NCBI GenBank assembly: GCA_963727625.1
Contig: CAVSHR010000014.1
Coordinates: 1-64,000, forward strand
Length of the DNA stretch: 64,000 bases
Source of the DNA: an uncultured delta proteobacterium
Lineage (GTDB): Bacteria; Desulfobacterota; Binatia; UBA9968
Direction of reading: 5' to 3'
This document shows, piece by piece, positions 37,834 through 50,388 of the stretch (within the stretch, counting starts at the first letter, position 1; each line of letters begins with the position of its first letter). The notes below the pieces were generated by a model. That model made no database searches. It had not been told where the DNA came from and was given only the letters and a program-made list of their open reading frames with translations. Position numbers and translations under genes: made by a program.

Positions 37834-38774
37834 TGACCGCTCAACATGGCGAACTCTTCGAGCGTTGCCAGCTCAATCCCATTTTAACCGCGGCCGATTG
37901 GCCGTATCGGGTCAATAGCGTTTTCAACCCTGGCGCGACATTGCTGGCGGACGGAACAACCCTTCTGTTATGCCGTGTAGAAGATCACCGCGGACATTCT
38001 CATTTTTCCGTCGCTCGCTCGGTCAACGGCGTGGATGATTGGCAAATTGATTCCCGGCCGACGCTGCCGGCCGATCCCGAACATTTCCCGGAAGAATTGT
38101 GGGGAATCGAAGATCCGCGCATCACGTATATCGACGAACTCAAGAAATATGCCGTCGTCTATACAGCGTACACGCGGGACGGCCCTGGCGTATCGCTGGC
38201 GCTCACGGAGGATTTTTGCAACTTCGAGCGCTATGGCGTGATTATGCCCCCGGAAGACAAAGACGCGGCCCTACTTCCTCATCGCATCGGCGGTCAGTGG
38301 GCTTTGATCCATCGTCCGGTCAGTGCGCCGCGCGCGCATATGTGGATCTCCTTTTCCGAGAACCTATGTCACTGGGGTCGCCATAAGCTGATGCTCGAGG
38401 CGCGCCGCGGCGCCTGGTGGGACGCGAACAAAATCGGCTTGTCGCCGCCGCCCATAGAAACAGCTCAAGGATGGTTGGTGATTTATCACGGCGTGCGTCA
38501 GACGGCCGCCGGCGCGATTTACCGGTTGGGACTGGCGCTCTTTGATTTGCTTAAGCCGGAAGTTTGCCTCAAACGAAGCAACGAGTGGGTCTTCGCGCCG
38601 CAAACACCCTATGAGCAGCGCGGTGATGTCGACAACGTTGTCTTCCCCTGCGGCACGACCATCGCTCCCGACGGCGACACCCTTCGTCTCTATTACGGCG
38701 CGGCAGACACGAGCATCGCGATGGCGACGGGCAGCATCCGCGGAATGCTCGAGCGGTTGGAGAAAAGTAGCTGA
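37833..38774 (+). CDS. GH130 glycoside phosphorylase/hydrolase
   Basis: VFNPGA, GIEDPRIT, DKDAAL, VVFPCG, YYGAAD. Confidence 0.9.
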   Translation: MTAQHGELFERCQLNPILTAADWPYRVNSVFNPGATLLADGTTLLLCRVEDHRGHSHFSVARSVNGVDDWQIDSRPTLPADPEHFPEELWGIEDPRITYIDELKKYAVVYTAYTRDGPGVSLALTEDFCNFERYGVIMPPEDKDAALLPHRIGGQWALIHRPVSAPRAHMWISFSENLCHWGRHKLMLEARRGAWWDANKIGLSPPPIETAQGWLVIYHGVRQTAAGAIYRLGLALFDLLKPEVCLKRSNEWVFAPQTPYEQRGDVDNVVFPCGTTIAPDGDTLRLYYGAADTSIAMATGSIRGMLERLEKSS

Positions 38775-38822
38775 AGAAAACGTCCGAAATGTTTAGGCTG
38801 GGAAGGTTCAGAGGAGGCTCGA

Positions 38823-39359
38823 ATGACGTTCGGTATCGGAGAAAAAGTTGTTTATCCGTCTCAAGGGCCCTGCTTGATCGGCGGGGTGGAAAATAAAGTC
38901 GTGAGCGGTCGGCCGACGAGCTTTTACCGATTGACGTTGTTGGACGATAGCGGCGACGCAGTTTTTGTCCCGGTAGACAAGGTCAGGGCCCTGCGTATCC
39001 GGCAGTTACTGACCAAAGCGGAAGTTCCGAAGCTGCTGAGCCAATTAGAAAATTCGATGACAACGGCTAAGAACTGGAAGCAGCGGGCCATCGACAATGC
39101 CAAACTGCTCAGCTCAGGGTCGGCGTTCGACCTGGCCGAAATCGTTGAGTCCCTCACTGAGTTGAACAAGACCAAAGCGCTGACGCCGCGCGACCGACAA
39201 ACACTGGATAAGGCGAGAAAGTTCCTGATTTGCGAGATCGCCGAAGCGATGGGAGAGGCCAGAAGTACGGCGGAAGAATACGTAGACAAGGCTCTCGGAC
39301 TGCAAAGGCAGGGCTTGGGCGACCCGAAGGAAGACAGGGTTACAGCGAATCATTCTTAA
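38823..39359 (+). CDS. carD: CarD family transcription factor
   Basis: FGIGEKVVYPSQG, NWKQR. Confidence 0.85.
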   Translation: MTFGIGEKVVYPSQGPCLIGGVENKVVSGRPTSFYRLTLLDDSGDAVFVPVDKVRALRIRQLLTKAEVPKLLSQLENSMTTAKNWKQRAIDNAKLLSSGSAFDLAEIVESLTELNKTKALTPRDRQTLDKARKFLICEIAEAMGEARSTAEEYVDKALGLQRQGLGDPKEDRVTANHS

Positions 39360-39513
39360 GTCGATGGAAGCCGTAAGCGTCGTCAATTCACGATTGCCGG
39401 AGGGTGATCGCCATTAGCTTCTGGGTTAGCCAAGAGCCCCGGACATTACACGAGATCGCTTCGTATGCGGCTTAGCCAACGCCGCATTAATTTTGAGAGA
39501 ACTAAGGTATTGG

Positions 39514-40551
39514 ATGATCAACGATATAGTTTCTGACACGAATTCGGCGGAACCGGAGATGGTTAAATCCGCTTGGTATCGGACCACCGCCAAGTATGGT
39601 CGTTCGAATCTGCGCAAATCGCGCTGGCAACTCTTCGACACGTTTGTTCCTTATTTCGCGCTATGGGCGTTAATGGTCTATACGATTCGAGAGGGATTTT
39701 CCTATTGGATCACTCTGAGCCTTGCCTTAGTGGCAGGCGGCATCCTGGTACGGATTTTCATTCTGTTCCACGATTGCTGTCATGGTTCTTTCTTTGCGTC
39801 GCGCCGTGCAAACGCAATCCTGGGCTATGTCACCGGTATTCTAACGTTCACGCCGTTTGACGACTGGCGGCATGCGCATAACCGCCATCATGCTACGGCG
39901 GGAAATTTGGACCGGCGGGGAATTGGCGATATCTGGACGATGACAACGAAGGAATATGCGGCGTCGTCGACGGGAAAAAAAGTCGCCTACCGGTTTTATC
40001 GGAATCCGTTTGTATTGTTCGGTCCAGGGTCGCTGGTTCTGTTTCTGGTCCTGCAGCGATTTTCCAAGCGAGGCGCGGCTAGGAGAGAGCGGATGAGCGT
40101 CGTTGCTACCAACGCGGCGCTATCGCTCGTTGTCGCCGCGGCAATCTGGACGATCGGATTTTGGACCTATCTATTAATTCAGCTGCCCGTCCTGCTGATT
40201 GGCGGCGGAGTCGGACTCTGGTTGTTCTACGTCCAGCATCAATTTGAGAATGCCTATTGGGTGCGCCAAGAATCCTGGGATCCGATGAGAGTGGCGCTGG
40301 AGGGCAGCTCGTATTTCAAACTGCCGAAAATTCTCCAGTGGTTTACCGGCAATATCGGTCTGCATCACGTACACCATGTTCGACCGAGCATTCCCAATTA
40401 CAACCTGCAACGATGCCACGATGAAGTGCCGGCTCTAGCGGCGGTCCACGCGATTACCTTCGAGACCAGTATCCGATCGCTGAGGCTCGGTCTGTATGAC
40501 GAGACGCAAAAAAAACTTGTGACCTTTCGTTCCTTGGCGACGGCCGCTTAG
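39514..40551 (+). CDS. Membrane fatty acid desaturase
   Basis: His boxes HDCCH, HNRHH, HHVHH. Confidence 0.9.
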   Translation: MINDIVSDTNSAEPEMVKSAWYRTTAKYGRSNLRKSRWQLFDTFVPYFALWALMVYTIREGFSYWITLSLALVAGGILVRIFILFHDCCHGSFFASRRANAILGYVTGILTFTPFDDWRHAHNRHHATAGNLDRRGIGDIWTMTTKEYAASSTGKKVAYRFYRNPFVLFGPGSLVLFLVLQRFSKRGAARRERMSVVATNAALSLVVAAAIWTIGFWTYLLIQLPVLLIGGGVGLWLFYVQHQFENAYWVRQESWDPMRVALEGSSYFKLPKILQWFTGNIGLHHVHHVRPSIPNYNLQRCHDEVPALAAVHAITFETSIRSLRLGLYDETQKKLVTFRSLATAA

Positions 40552-41408
40552 GCGGTTGGGCGGGACTTGATCTACTGTGCCGACCCATATTTCGGCGCCT
40601 GTGTTCCCGAGTCGCTGGAGTGCGGATGGGGTGGACCGAGGAACTACTTTGAGATGATTGGGTAGCGTCACCGCCTGGCTTGCTATCACCACTGAATTCA
40701 CCTACGCTTAAGAGGTAACTACGGCCGTAGGGTTCCCCTCCGTGGTTGCTTGAAATCCTTCAAGTAAGCCTTCTTTCCTCAGCCCTCCAATAGTACGGTC
40801 GGTAATATCGACCGGAAGGAGCAAGAGAGTGAGTCCGCTACTGGCTATTGCTAATCCCATCGCGTTAACGATCATCGGCATCATGTTGAACAGTTTTCAT
40901 GTTGTCCATGACCAGCCGCAATTTTCGCTGGAAACGAATCCGGTCGACAAACTCGCGTCCGAACGGCAAGCGGACTCTCGGTACTTCTTCTTGCAGAGAG
41001 TGCGAATTTTGCAACGCCAAGAAAGAATCGGTCAGTATGGCTGGTTAAATCCTAGCGCGATTCGTCGCATCTTCATGGTTTCTTTACTCCGACGCTGTCA
41101 AGGCTCCTACGGCGTCAAAGCAAGTCCGCTCGATCCAAACCTCCGCGCAAGCCGACAGCGAAGAAGCGGTACTGTCGCTCACGCTTAGCGATGGCAGTAA
41201 CGTGAAATATGTCGTCAAAGCATCGGAACCCTATTCTGCGTATGTACCCAAGCGAGATGTGCGCCCTGCAGAAATCGTACATAACTGGCAACTGGCGAGG
41301 GCGGGAACGGCAATCAATGTCGGCGATGCTACGGAGCCTCTGGGCATCGCTCTGAGAATTGCGAACTAAGCGACCGGTTGCCGTGCTTATGACGCATGGG
41401 AGTGACCG

Positions 41409-41651
41409 ATGAAGAACAGTATTTCCTACAAGAACTGTCTGATTCGCGGCGATTCGTTTCAGCTCGCGCAAAGCTGCGGCTGGATTCCTCGATATACTTT
41501 GACCCGCTCGGACTTCAGGAATCAGTGGAACACCAATCCCTCGCATCACGATCGACTCGACCTGGTTTTCAGGAGCGAAAACGAAGCCGACAACTTTGCC
41601 CTGCAGGACGCCATGCGTTGGATCGATGAGAACTCTCAGCTACAGAGTTAG
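41409..41651 (+). CDS. Small hypothetical protein
   Basis: RBS ggag; globular-looking 80 aa. Confidence 0.55.
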   Translation: MKNSISYKNCLIRGDSFQLAQSCGWIPRYTLTRSDFRNQWNTNPSHHDRLDLVFRSENEADNFALQDAMRWIDENSQLQS

Positions 41652-42100
41652 TACGGGAATCAGGAGGTTTTTACGTCCTTGTTGAATCAATTACTGGAAA
41701 CGGCACGTCTTTCAGCAACTGAGCAAAAATCGAGAGCGCCGCGGGTTACGATCGTGGACGAAAATTACGATAGGAGCTCCGTGCGACTGCGTGAAGATAC
41801 AAGGGGGCTGAAGAATCTTCAGCTAGAGCTGTTCGGTACTGCATTCTCGCATCCGGCCGATGAGAATCTCCGTCGCGGGGATGCTCGCAAGATCGACGAA
41901 CGCCGTAACGGAGTGGAAGTCGCGGGATATCTCCGCCAAGACCGAGCAATCGATTCGAGCAGCGACCTCTACGTGACCAACGACGCGGCAACGCGCCGGC
42001 TCGAAGAGCGGCAAATGGAACTCCATGCAAGGAGCGAATGACTACCGATCGCGAAAGCGGTCTTACCATGCCCGGTTGCGCGTTTTCTTGAAAGGCAGGG

Positions 42101-42298
42101 ATGAAACGCATTGAACACATGTCGCTCTGGGAACGGTTCTATTTCCTCGAGATTGCCCGCGGCCTTGCCGTAGCCGGGCACCGCTTTTCGCGGAATTTTA
42201 GCATCTATATTCTGCATGCTTTCGGTTTGGTGAAAACTTGTCAAGCCGAAGGCAGGCCCAATATTCGGAGGAAAGGGCTCCCTACCCGGATCCCTTGA
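42101..42298 (+). pseudogene. NuoI-like N-terminal fragment
   Basis: SLWERFYFLEIARGLAVAGHRFSRN resembles NuoI N-termini; no Fe-S Cys motifs follow. Confidence 0.45.
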
Positions 42299-42326
42299 GT
42301 TCTCCGACTCGAAAGTAGGGTTAAAT

Positions 42327-44393
42327 ATGAGCTTGCCACTTATTTCCGACCGGCAGTTCGCCAAACCGCCGCGCGAGCCCGAGGCGCGAAACCCTCTGGC
42401 GAATTTCATTGCCGGAGTCCGCGCGCGTTACGATGAGAAAAAGAAAAATGCCTCGCCTGAGAAAAATTACCGACCGTCACCGATGTGGTATTTCTTCGTC
42501 ACAATTTTTCTTGTGCTAATGATGCAAAATTTCCTTGGCCGCTCACCTGTCGAGATTATCAGCTATAGCCAATTCAAGTCTCTGCTCAAAAAAGATTTGA
42601 TCAGCGATTTGATTATTCGCGAGACGACCATCGACGGCAACTTGAAAGGCGGCGCCGCTAAGGAGATTTTCAAGCCGGAGAAACTAAAAGAAATATCTCC
42701 GGAGGTTCTGGCGAGCAAGAAAGTTTTCCGATTCGAAACGGTAAGAGTCGAAGATTCGGGCCTCACGACCGAACTTGAGGCGGCCAAAATACCGTTTCGG
42801 GGAGAGCTCACCAGCAATTGGCTGCCGACCATCTTATCCTGGTTGGTCCCCGTGGGTTTGTTTTTTCTGCTGTGGAGCTATCTTGGCAAGAAGATGGGGT
42901 CGGCAAGCGGCGGTCTAATGCAAATCGGCAAGAGCAAAGCGAAAGTCTACATCGAGAAAAAAACCGGCGTCACCTTTGCCGACGTAGCGGGCATCGATGA
43001 AGCCGAAGAAGAAGTGGCCGAAGTCGTAGGGTTTCTGAAGGATCCGGATAAATATCAAAGATTGGGCGGGCGTATTCCAAAGGGTGTTTTGATCGTGGGG
43101 CCTCCGGGGACCGGGAAAACCCTGCTCGCCCGCGCTGTCGCGGGCGAGGCCGGTGTTCCATTTTTCAGCCTCTCCGGTTCTGACTTTGTCGAAATGTTTG
43201 TCGGGGTCGGCGCGGCGCGGGTCAGGGATCTTTTTATGCAAGCGGTAAAGAATGCCCCAAGCATCGTCTTCATCGACGAGCTCGATGCCATAGGAAAAGC
43301 ACGGGGAGTGAATATGCTCACGGGTAACGACGAGCGCGAACAAACTCTCAATCAGCTCTTGACGGAGATGGACGGGTTCGATCCGAATCAAGGGGTCATC
43401 ATCATGGCCGCTACCAACCGGCCGGAGATCCTCGACGCGGCGCTGCTCCGTCCCGGCCGCTTCGACCGGCAGATCCTGGTGGATCGTCCCGACATCAAAG
43501 GGCGCACGAAAATCCTTCAATTGCACGCGAAGAAGGTGAAGCTCTCGGCTGATCTTGATCTCGCCGTCGTGGCAGCCAAGACTCCAGGCTTTGTCGGCGC
43601 GGATCTCGCCAACATCGTCAACGAAGCGGCCTTGCTGGCGGCGCGCCAGGACAAAGAGTCGATCGATATGACGGAATTTGACGAGGCGATCGAACGGGTG
43701 GTCGCGGGACTCCAGAAGAAGAGCCATGTCATCAATCCCAAGGAGAAGAAAACTGTCGCCTATCACGAGTCGGGTCACGCACTCTTGGCCGAGCTCGTGC
43801 CGGGCGCTGATCCGGTTTCCAAGATTTCTATTATCCCCCGAGGAATCGCCGCCCTAGGTTATACAACGCAGCTGCCGACGGAAGACCGCTATCTCATGAC
43901 ACGTTCTGAACTGCTTGCACGCATCGATGTTCTTTTGGGCGGGAGAGTTGCGGAGGAGATCGTCTTCGGCGATGTCTCGACCGGCGCGCAGAACGACCTG
44001 CAGCGAGCCACCGAAATTGCCCGGACCATGATCACCCAATTCGGCATGAGTGAGAAGCTCGGCCTGGCTTCTCTCGAAGGACCGCGCCATGCCACGTTCC
44101 TGATGATGCCCACTCAAAGTCCCAAAGAGTACAGCGAGGAAACCGCTCGGCTTATCGATGCAGAAGTTAATCAAATACTGTCCGAAGCGCATATCAAGGC
44201 GCGGGAGCTGCTGCTTGCGCACCGCCCCGCGCTGGAGGAATTGGCCAAGCTGCTGCTGGAAAAAGAAGTTGTCGACAGGCCGGCTTTGCAAGCGATTCTC
44301 AAAGTGCGGAGCATCGATAGCCTGAAAGAAAAAAAGCGGTCTGGGGAGCCATCCGGTAAGGAACGCAATCAGACCAACGCTGATCAGGAATAG
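42327..44393 (+). CDS. ftsH: ATP-dependent Zn metalloprotease FtsH
   Basis: [25 protein letters not shown]. Confidence 0.95.
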   Translation: MSLPLISDRQFAKPPREPEARNPLANFIAGVRARYDEKKKNASPEKNYRPSPMWYFFVTIFLVLMMQNFLGRSPVEIISYSQFKSLLKKDLISDLIIRETTIDGNLKGGAAKEIFKPEKLKEISPEVLASKKVFRFETVRVEDSGLTTELEAAKIPFRGELTSNWLPTILSWLVPVGLFFLLWSYLGKKMGSASGGLMQIGKSKAKVYIEKKTGVTFADVAGIDEAEEEVAEVVGFLKDPDKYQRLGGRIPKGVLIVGPPGTGKTLLARAVAGEAGVPFFSLSGSDFVEMFVGVGAARVRDLFMQAVKNAPSIVFIDELDAIGKARGVNMLTGNDEREQTLNQLLTEMDGFDPNQGVIIMAATNRPEILDAALLRPGRFDRQILVDRPDIKGRTKILQLHAKKVKLSADLDLAVVAAKTPGFVGADLANIVNEAALLAARQDKESIDMTEFDEAIERVVAGLQKKSHVINPKEKKTVAYHESGHALLAELVPGADPVSKISIIPRGIAALGYTTQLPTEDRYLMTRSELLARIDVLLGGRVAEEIVFGDVSTGAQNDLQRATEIARTMITQFGMSEKLGLASLEGPRHATFLMMPTQSPKEYSEETARLIDAEVNQILSEAHIKARELLLAHRPALEELAKLLLEKEVVDRPALQAILKVRSIDSLKEKKRSGEPSGKERNQTNADQE

Positions 44394-44461
44394 CCATGGG
44401 GTCGGGAGATGAATCGGGGGCGTTGCGCAGTAGGGATCCGATCAAATCAGGTGGAAGCAAT

Positions 44462-44812
44462 ATGACGCGCGAAACGAACCGGCCTGGCGAAAAACCGCAG
44501 TTCGACGAACGCGCCAGTGAGGATAACTATTTCGCCGCGAAAGAACATGAGCTGGTCGATGATATGAAAGCCGAGTATCGAAGAGACGAAGCGGCCCGGC
44601 GAGAGGCGCAGATGGCCACTTGCCCCAAGTGTTCTGGAAAATTCGCAAAATACAAGTTTCTGGGGTTCGATTTGGATCGCTGCGAAAACTGTGAAGGGAT
44701 CTGGCTTAACAAAGGCGAGCTCGCCTTGATTTTGCGACAGCAGGCGCGCGGTCCACTGGGAGTCTTCCTCGATCGATGTTTCTCCAAGAGTGAAAAACGA
44801 AAGACAAGTTAA
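44462..44812 (+). CDS. zf-TFIIB-type Zn ribbon protein
   Basis: CPKC...DRCENCEGIWLNKGEL. Confidence 0.8.
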   Translation: MTRETNRPGEKPQFDERASEDNYFAAKEHELVDDMKAEYRRDEAARREAQMATCPKCSGKFAKYKFLGFDLDRCENCEGIWLNKGELALILRQQARGPLGVFLDRCFSKSEKRKTS

Positions 44813-44934
44813 ATAGAGCTTCGCCGGCCTTACCATCGCGTTGTCATGCCCGCGTGCGCGAACATGACGACGAAGCAATGACTTGTTTAACGATTCTACC
44901 CTGACCCTGATCCACGGGCAGTCACACCCGCGTT

Positions 44935-45285
44935 TTATGGGGTTTTGTCGGTTAGATGCTTGGCGCAAGCCGCGGCAACTTGACTCTCGGGTTTATCTTC
45001 ACCCGGCATGATCGCCCAGCTCTGGGTCTCTATATAGCGGCCCTTGTCCCAAGAATCTTTTCCCTTCATTTCCTGGAGCTTCTGGACCTTCTCCGCGTCT
45101 CGGTTGAGCTGCGCGACACAAATTGCTCCGAGGCGGTCGGCGACCGCATCGGCAGCGGTCTCTTTGGCCATTGCCGCGGCAGTGCCGCTCGTAACCCATC
45201 CGCCATACTTGAATCCGACAAGAGCTAATACGGCCGCGCCACCGATGGCACTCCACGAACCCAGCTTAATTTTTTCCCAATCCAT
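44935..45285 (-). CDS. Conserved hypothetical membrane-anchored protein
   Basis: VGFKYGGWVT, ICVAQ, WAIMPG, AACA. Confidence 0.75.
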   Translation of the reverse strand: MDWEKIKLGSWSAIGGAAVLALVGFKYGGWVTSGTAAAMAKETAADAVADRLGAICVAQLNRDAEKVQKLQEMKGKDSWDKGRYIETQSWAIMPGEDKPESQVAAACAKHLTDKTP

Positions 45286-45826
45286 GAGACACCTCCCTAA
45301 AACCCGGGTTTTGAACACGCAGGTTTAATTCTCCGCAGCAGTGACAGATCCAATAGTCGGAAGACTGTTTTGCGGCGGAACATTCATCGCAATCGCCGCA
45401 ATGCTGATGGCGGCAATAATCGCAAAAAGGCATGGCACCTTCTTTCATCCACGCGATCGTTGGTCTGGAGTCTATTCAAAAATCTATGATGCGCCGACTC
45501 AGCGGCGGTTGCTGTCTAATATTGGACATTCTTGAAAAAGAATTTTCACGCCAATCTCACTTATTATTTACAAAAGCGTTCAAAATTAGACCGTAATCAC
45601 CACCGCGGCAGGCTAGGGTCGCTCTGAAGGGAAATAACGGATCATGCGGGCGTGGTTTGCTCGGACCAATCGGCCTCCGGCTGAGCTTTCCCTATCTATA
45701 TTTTGATTTATGGGTAGTGAAATTATAAGAAGGGGCGGCAGGATGTGCTATTTAAGAGCGGGACGGTAAAGAGCCGGTGGTATCTTGATCCGAGCCGACG
45801 CTTGCGCCGCGGCAGAAGCGTGCTTC

Positions 45827-47221
45827 ATGCGTGTGATTCAAAATCAAAGCAGATGGGCCGGATTACTGTCGATCGTCGGACTCGGCTTGATGGCCATGCT
45901 GGGATCGAGCGGGTTGGTCTTTGCGCAGAAGCCCACCGTGGTGGTTTACGTCGCGCCGATTGAGGGGATGATCGATCTCGGGCTCGCGCCTTTCGTTCAG
46001 CGGGTTTTAAACGAAGCAACACGAGCAGGCGCCGCGGCGGTCATTCTCGAGATCAATACCTTCGGCGGCCGCGTCGATGCGGCTGTGCTTATTCGTGACG
46101 CTTTGCTGAACGCCCGGGTGCTGACCGTGGTCTTCGTCAACAAAAGAGCCATTTCTGCCGGGGCGCTGATCAGTTTGGCCGCCGAGAAAATCGCGATCGC
46201 CAACGGCGGAACCATCGGCGCCGCAACGCCGGTGCAAATGGGGCAGCCGGGCGCACCCGCGCAGCCAGTGGCAGAGAAGACGGTTTCCTATGTACGAAAG
46301 GAGTTTCGCGCCACCGCCGAGGCGCGAAAGCGTCCTCCGCTTATCGCCGAGGCGATGGTGGATGCGGATGTGGAAATTCCCGGCCTCATTCAAAAAGGCA
46401 AGCTGCTGACGCTCACCACCGAGGAAGCTTTGAAGCATAAGGTTGCGGATTTTCGCGCCGAGACTATCGATAGTGTATTGGAACAGCTAGGTCTTGCGGG
46501 AGCACAGGCCAGGCGGGTGGCGCCCAACTGGGCGGAGGGCCTTGTCCGCTTCCTAACCGATCCCATTGTCAGTTCGCTACTCATGACCGTCGGAATGATC
46601 GGCATCTTTCTGGAAATCCGCACGCCCGGCTTTGGCTTGCCGGGTGCGCTCGGTATCGCAAGCCTCGGGCTTTTCTTTTGGGGCCATTGGCTGGTTCAGC
46701 TTGCGGGCTGGGAAGAGCTGTTGCTGGTGGCGTCTGGGTTTATGCTTCTGGTCCTAGAAATTTTTGTTATTCCAGGCTTTGGTCTCGCCGGAATCTTTGG
46801 GATCGGCGCGCTCCTCGCCGGCCTTGGCCTGAGCCTGATCGGCGGCGGCGCCACCTGGGAGTTCGTCGCCCTGGCGATGGGGCAAGTGTTAATTTCAGTC
46901 TTTTTGGCCCTCGCGGCGAGCCTCTTGGTGCTGCGTTTCTTACCGCGCCTGCCATTTGGGAGGCAGCTGATCCTGCAAACCGGCCTTGCCGCGGGCAAGG
47001 GGTATGCTTCGGCGCCAGAGAGCGATAACAAATGGCTTGGCAAAAACGGCACGGCGTTCTCGCCGCTGCGACCGGCGGGGATCGCGGAGATTGACGGTGA
47101 GCGTGTGGATGTCGTCTCCGACGGCGAATTCATCGATGCCGGAATGGCGATTGTGGTGACCCGCGTCGATGGCAATCGGATCGTCGTGCGGCGACACCGC
47201 AGCTTAACAGAAGGGAGTTGA
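45827..47221 (+). CDS. nfeD: NfeD membrane-bound serine protease
   Basis: [16 protein letters not shown]-terminal OB fold LRPAG. Confidence 0.9.
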   Translation: MRVIQNQSRWAGLLSIVGLGLMAMLGSSGLVFAQKPTVVVYVAPIEGMIDLGLAPFVQRVLNEATRAGAAAVILEINTFGGRVDAAVLIRDALLNARVLTVVFVNKRAISAGALISLAAEKIAIANGGTIGAATPVQMGQPGAPAQPVAEKTVSYVRKEFRATAEARKRPPLIAEAMVDADVEIPGLIQKGKLLTLTTEEALKHKVADFRAETIDSVLEQLGLAGAQARRVAPNWAEGLVRFLTDPIVSSLLMTVGMIGIFLEIRTPGFGLPGALGIASLGLFFWGHWLVQLAGWEELLLVASGFMLLVLEIFVIPGFGLAGIFGIGALLAGLGLSLIGGGATWEFVALAMGQVLISVFLALAASLLVLRFLPRLPFGRQLILQTGLAAGKGYASAPESDNKWLGKNGTAFSPLRPAGIAEIDGERVDVVSDGEFIDAGMAIVVTRVDGNRIVVRRHRSLTEGS

Positions 47222-47222
47222 A

Positions 47223-48203
47223 ATGGGTGGTCTCGAAACCGGATTAACCGGCGGTTTCGCGCTGCTATTGATGCTGATCGTGGGGTTGGTTTTTGTCTTG
47301 TACCTGGTCCCCATCCCGCTCTGGATTGCCGCTTGGGCATCGGGGGCATACGTCGGGCTCTTCACGCTCATCGGCATGCGCCTGCGCCGAGTGCCGCCCG
47401 GCACCGTGATCACGGCGCGGATAAGCTCGGTGAAAGCCGGTTTGGACATTCCCCTCAACGATCTCGAAGCCCATTATTTGGCCGGCGGCAACGTTGTCAG
47501 GGTCGTGAACGCCATGATCTCCGCGGACAAGGCGAATATTCCCTTGGTGTTTAAGCGGGCCGCCGCCATCGACCTGGCAGGGCGCGATGTCTTGGAAGCG
47601 GTGAAGATGTCGGTCATTCCCAAAGTTATCGAAACCCCGAAGATCGCCGCCATCGCCAAAAACGGCATCCAGCTCATCGCAGTTTCTCGTGTCACGGTCC
47701 GCACGAACATTGACCGGCTGGTGGGCGGCGCCGGCGAGGAGACCATCATTGCCCGGGTTGGAGAAGGCATGGTGAGCACCATCGGCTCCGCCGAATCGCA
47801 CAAGGACGTTCTCGAAAACCCCGATCATATTTCTAAGCATGTGCTTGGCAAAGGATTGGACGCCGGGACCGCCTATGAGATTCTTTCGATCGATATCGCG
47901 GACGTCGACGTGGGCGACAACATCGGCGCCAAGCTGCAAATCGATCAGGCCAACGCCGATAAGCAAATCGCTCAAGCCAAGGCCGAAGAGCGGCGCGCCA
48001 TGGCCGTGGCTTTGGAACAAGAGATGCGGGCGCGCGTGGTCGAGGCGGAAGCCGAAGTCCCGCGCGCCATGGCCGAAGCTTTTCGCCAAGGCAATCTCGG
48101 CATCATGGATTATTACCGCATGAAAAACGTTCAAGCCGACACGTCGATGCGCGATGCCATCGCGGAGAGCGACGACGATCCGTCGACGGGCCAGAAACGC
48201 TAG
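47223..48203 (+). CDS. floA: Flotillin-like protein FloA (YqfA)
   Basis: [34 protein letters not shown]. Confidence 0.95.
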   Translation: MGGLETGLTGGFALLLMLIVGLVFVLYLVPIPLWIAAWASGAYVGLFTLIGMRLRRVPPGTVITARISSVKAGLDIPLNDLEAHYLAGGNVVRVVNAMISADKANIPLVFKRAAAIDLAGRDVLEAVKMSVIPKVIETPKIAAIAKNGIQLIAVSRVTVRTNIDRLVGGAGEETIIARVGEGMVSTIGSAESHKDVLENPDHISKHVLGKGLDAGTAYEILSIDIADVDVGDNIGAKLQIDQANADKQIAQAKAEERRAMAVALEQEMRARVVEAEAEVPRAMAEAFRQGNLGIMDYYRMKNVQADTSMRDAIAESDDDPSTGQKR

Positions 48204-48228
48204 GCTCAAGTCGCTTTAGGGGATTGTA

Positions 48229-48573
48229 ATGAACAATTTTAGTGTCGGACTGATCATCCTCCTGATGCTGTTCATTTTGATACCGCTGGCTAATTATGTC
48301 CTGAAGCGAATGCAACGGCGATTCGAACAGCCCGGTCCGGCGCGGCAACCGATGCCGGATATGGGCGTCCGCAGGCAGGCGGCGCGGGTGGCCACGCCCG
48401 CATCCGCCGCCCCTCGCGAACGAACACAGGCGGCGCCACCCGACCCCATAGTCGCGTCACCGCGAAGCCGCTGGTCGAGGAAGACGCTATTCAGAACCCG
48501 GCGCGATGTGCGGCGGGTCATTGTCGCGATGACGGTCCTGGGACCCTGCCGTGCTTACGACCCACCCGGCTAG
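48229..48573 (+). CDS. YqfB-like protein
   Basis: N-terminal TM segment; RRVIVAMTVLGPCRA C-terminus; follows floA. Confidence 0.65.
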   Translation: MNNFSVGLIILLMLFILIPLANYVLKRMQRRFEQPGPARQPMPDMGVRRQAARVATPASAAPRERTQAAPPDPIVASPRSRWSRKTLFRTRRDVRRVIVAMTVLGPCRAYDPPG

Positions 48574-48617
48574 ATCCACCTAGACTTATTTTATGTCCTT
48601 TAAAGTTGCCCGCGCAC

Positions 48618-49091
48618 TTACGCAAGGCGTAACTGCGCGAGCGATGCGCGGGCCGGTCCGCCGCCGATATTTGGAACGATGTTTAGTTCGAGTGTGGTCA
48701 CCCCGTCAAGATCCACAGGATAATCCTCGCGCTCGCGGGTCGTGCCGGCAGGGCTGAAATTATATTGCTGACGCACGATTTCCCGATAGGACTGCCCGCC
48801 GTTTGACGACCAGCGCAGGACAAACTGTTGAGTGCGCTCCAACTCATCTTCGTGAAACTCCAAATGCAGACGCTTGATTCTCTGTGGCTGGTTAAATACC
48901 AGACGCACGGTTTGCGGTCCCGGTTGCGCTGCTCGCCAACCCGATTCGCTTCCGGGCAGCAATCCCGATTCGATGGGATGCGCTGCGTCCTCCGAGGTCA
49001 CTTCCACCTGAGCTAAAGCTTCCATGTTCAACCACTGCTGATTCGAGGGTGATGCATCTTGAGTGTCCTGACCGATGATCCTTTTGAGCAT
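48618..49091 (-). CDS. Discoidin/galactose-binding-like domain protein
   Basis: VTSEDAAHPIE, GWRAAQPGPQ, RQQYNFSP. Confidence 0.75.
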   Translation of the reverse strand: MLKRIIGQDTQDASPSNQQWLNMEALAQVEVTSEDAAHPIESGLLPGSESGWRAAQPGPQTVRLVFNQPQRIKRLHLEFHEDELERTQQFVLRWSSNGGQSYREIVRQQYNFSPAGTTREREDYPVDLDGVTTLELNIVPNIGGGPARASLAQLRLA

Positions 49092-50054
49092 AGCTTACCT
49101 CCTCACGATCGATTGTCATTAGATTCATCGAGTGTGCGCTTTTATTCGCGTGCATGAAAGAGCGTCCCTCCGCTCAAGAGAGCCAAATTTTGGACCTCAA
49201 GCGGTTACTCTGAGTTATCGCGCGGTTAAGAGGCCACGGCTCTGACGGCAGATTGGCCCAACATTGTCTGTGATAATTCTTTTTCAATCGATTCAATATG
49301 AGACGGCAACTCGGCGATCGGTCGACTAAGCTCAGCTGGAAACAAGGACAACTTAACGACCCTTGCACTAGCAATACTCCCGCAGCCACTAGAGCATAAG
49401 CGATGGGGCGTCGTTGTTTTATAGTTCCCGATTCTATCTGGCTAAAACGCCTCCAGGATAAAATTATTAGGCAGTCATTGTTTGTAAAGCCGTCCACTAT
49501 TGGACAGCAATCATCGCCAAGTCCGCATAGGGTGGCGTGGGCTCGATCTGGTTGATTTCGAGCTTTGCGTATTGGTGTGGAATTTAGCTTTATATTTTAG
49601 GATGAACAACGACTACTGAAACACAGCCCGGAACGAGTATTGGGTTCAAGCCGGCGCAAACAGTACGCCCGGCCTTCTGGCTGGTGCTTAGCGGCGTGAC
49701 GCTGTTTCAAGTATTCGGCCAGGGCGACACCATGCAGAAAGCGCGCGACAGTATCTTCGATCAGATTCAGAGCGAGTGTAGGTCGCGGGTTATTGAGCTC
49801 ATCCACAGGCAGGAGAATCAGAGTCTACTATTTGGCGTACAAGTATCGACCACAAGTCTTCTCCCCGATCGCGATTGCTTGATCTCTGAATTTTGTCAAC
49901 CTTGCGATTTCTCGCCCTCCCATATTGTCAACAGTGAGAAGTCTGAGAACGTAAACGTCGGAAGAATCACGCAATTCCAAACAGCAGGAACCTTGCATCG
50001 AAATTGCTCTACGTAGGTAGACAAAGGGGTAGCCATACCAAGGAGGAGGTCAAA

Positions 50055-50282
50055 ATGAAAAAATTAATGTTGGGGTTGGTGATGCTAGTTGGTCTTGGTC
50101 AAAGCGGTTGCATGTTCTTGGGGGGAGCGGCATTAGGCGCCGCCGGCACAGGAGGCGCTTACGAATATAACGCCCATCAGCAGATGGAGAAGCTGGACGC
50201 GGATTATAAAGCCGAGAGAATTTCTCGCGCAGAATACGACGCGCGGAAAAAACAGATTGAGGCAGGATCGATCATTTATTAA
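50055..50282 (+). CDS. Small lipoprotein
   Basis: Lipobox QSGC; RBS aggagg. Confidence 0.75.
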   Translation: MKKLMLGLVMLVGLGQSGCMFLGGAALGAAGTGGAYEYNAHQQMEKLDADYKAERISRAEYDARKKQIEAGSIIY

Positions 50283-50388
50283 CCGCTCGCGGGGCTTCGT
50301 TGCTCGCATATTCGTTACTTGTTGACTGGTTTATTCGAAGCAACAGGTAACCAAGAACGAGCGACGCTAAAACAAAAGGAGGTAATTT

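Noticed and set aside
40560-41400. Several 80-140 aa ORFs in a long intergenic stretch
   Set aside because: No motifs or convincing RBS; probably degenerate or non-coding DNA.
49170-50020. Overlapping short ORFs upstream of the stress cluster
   Set aside because: No recognisable family and conflicting strands.
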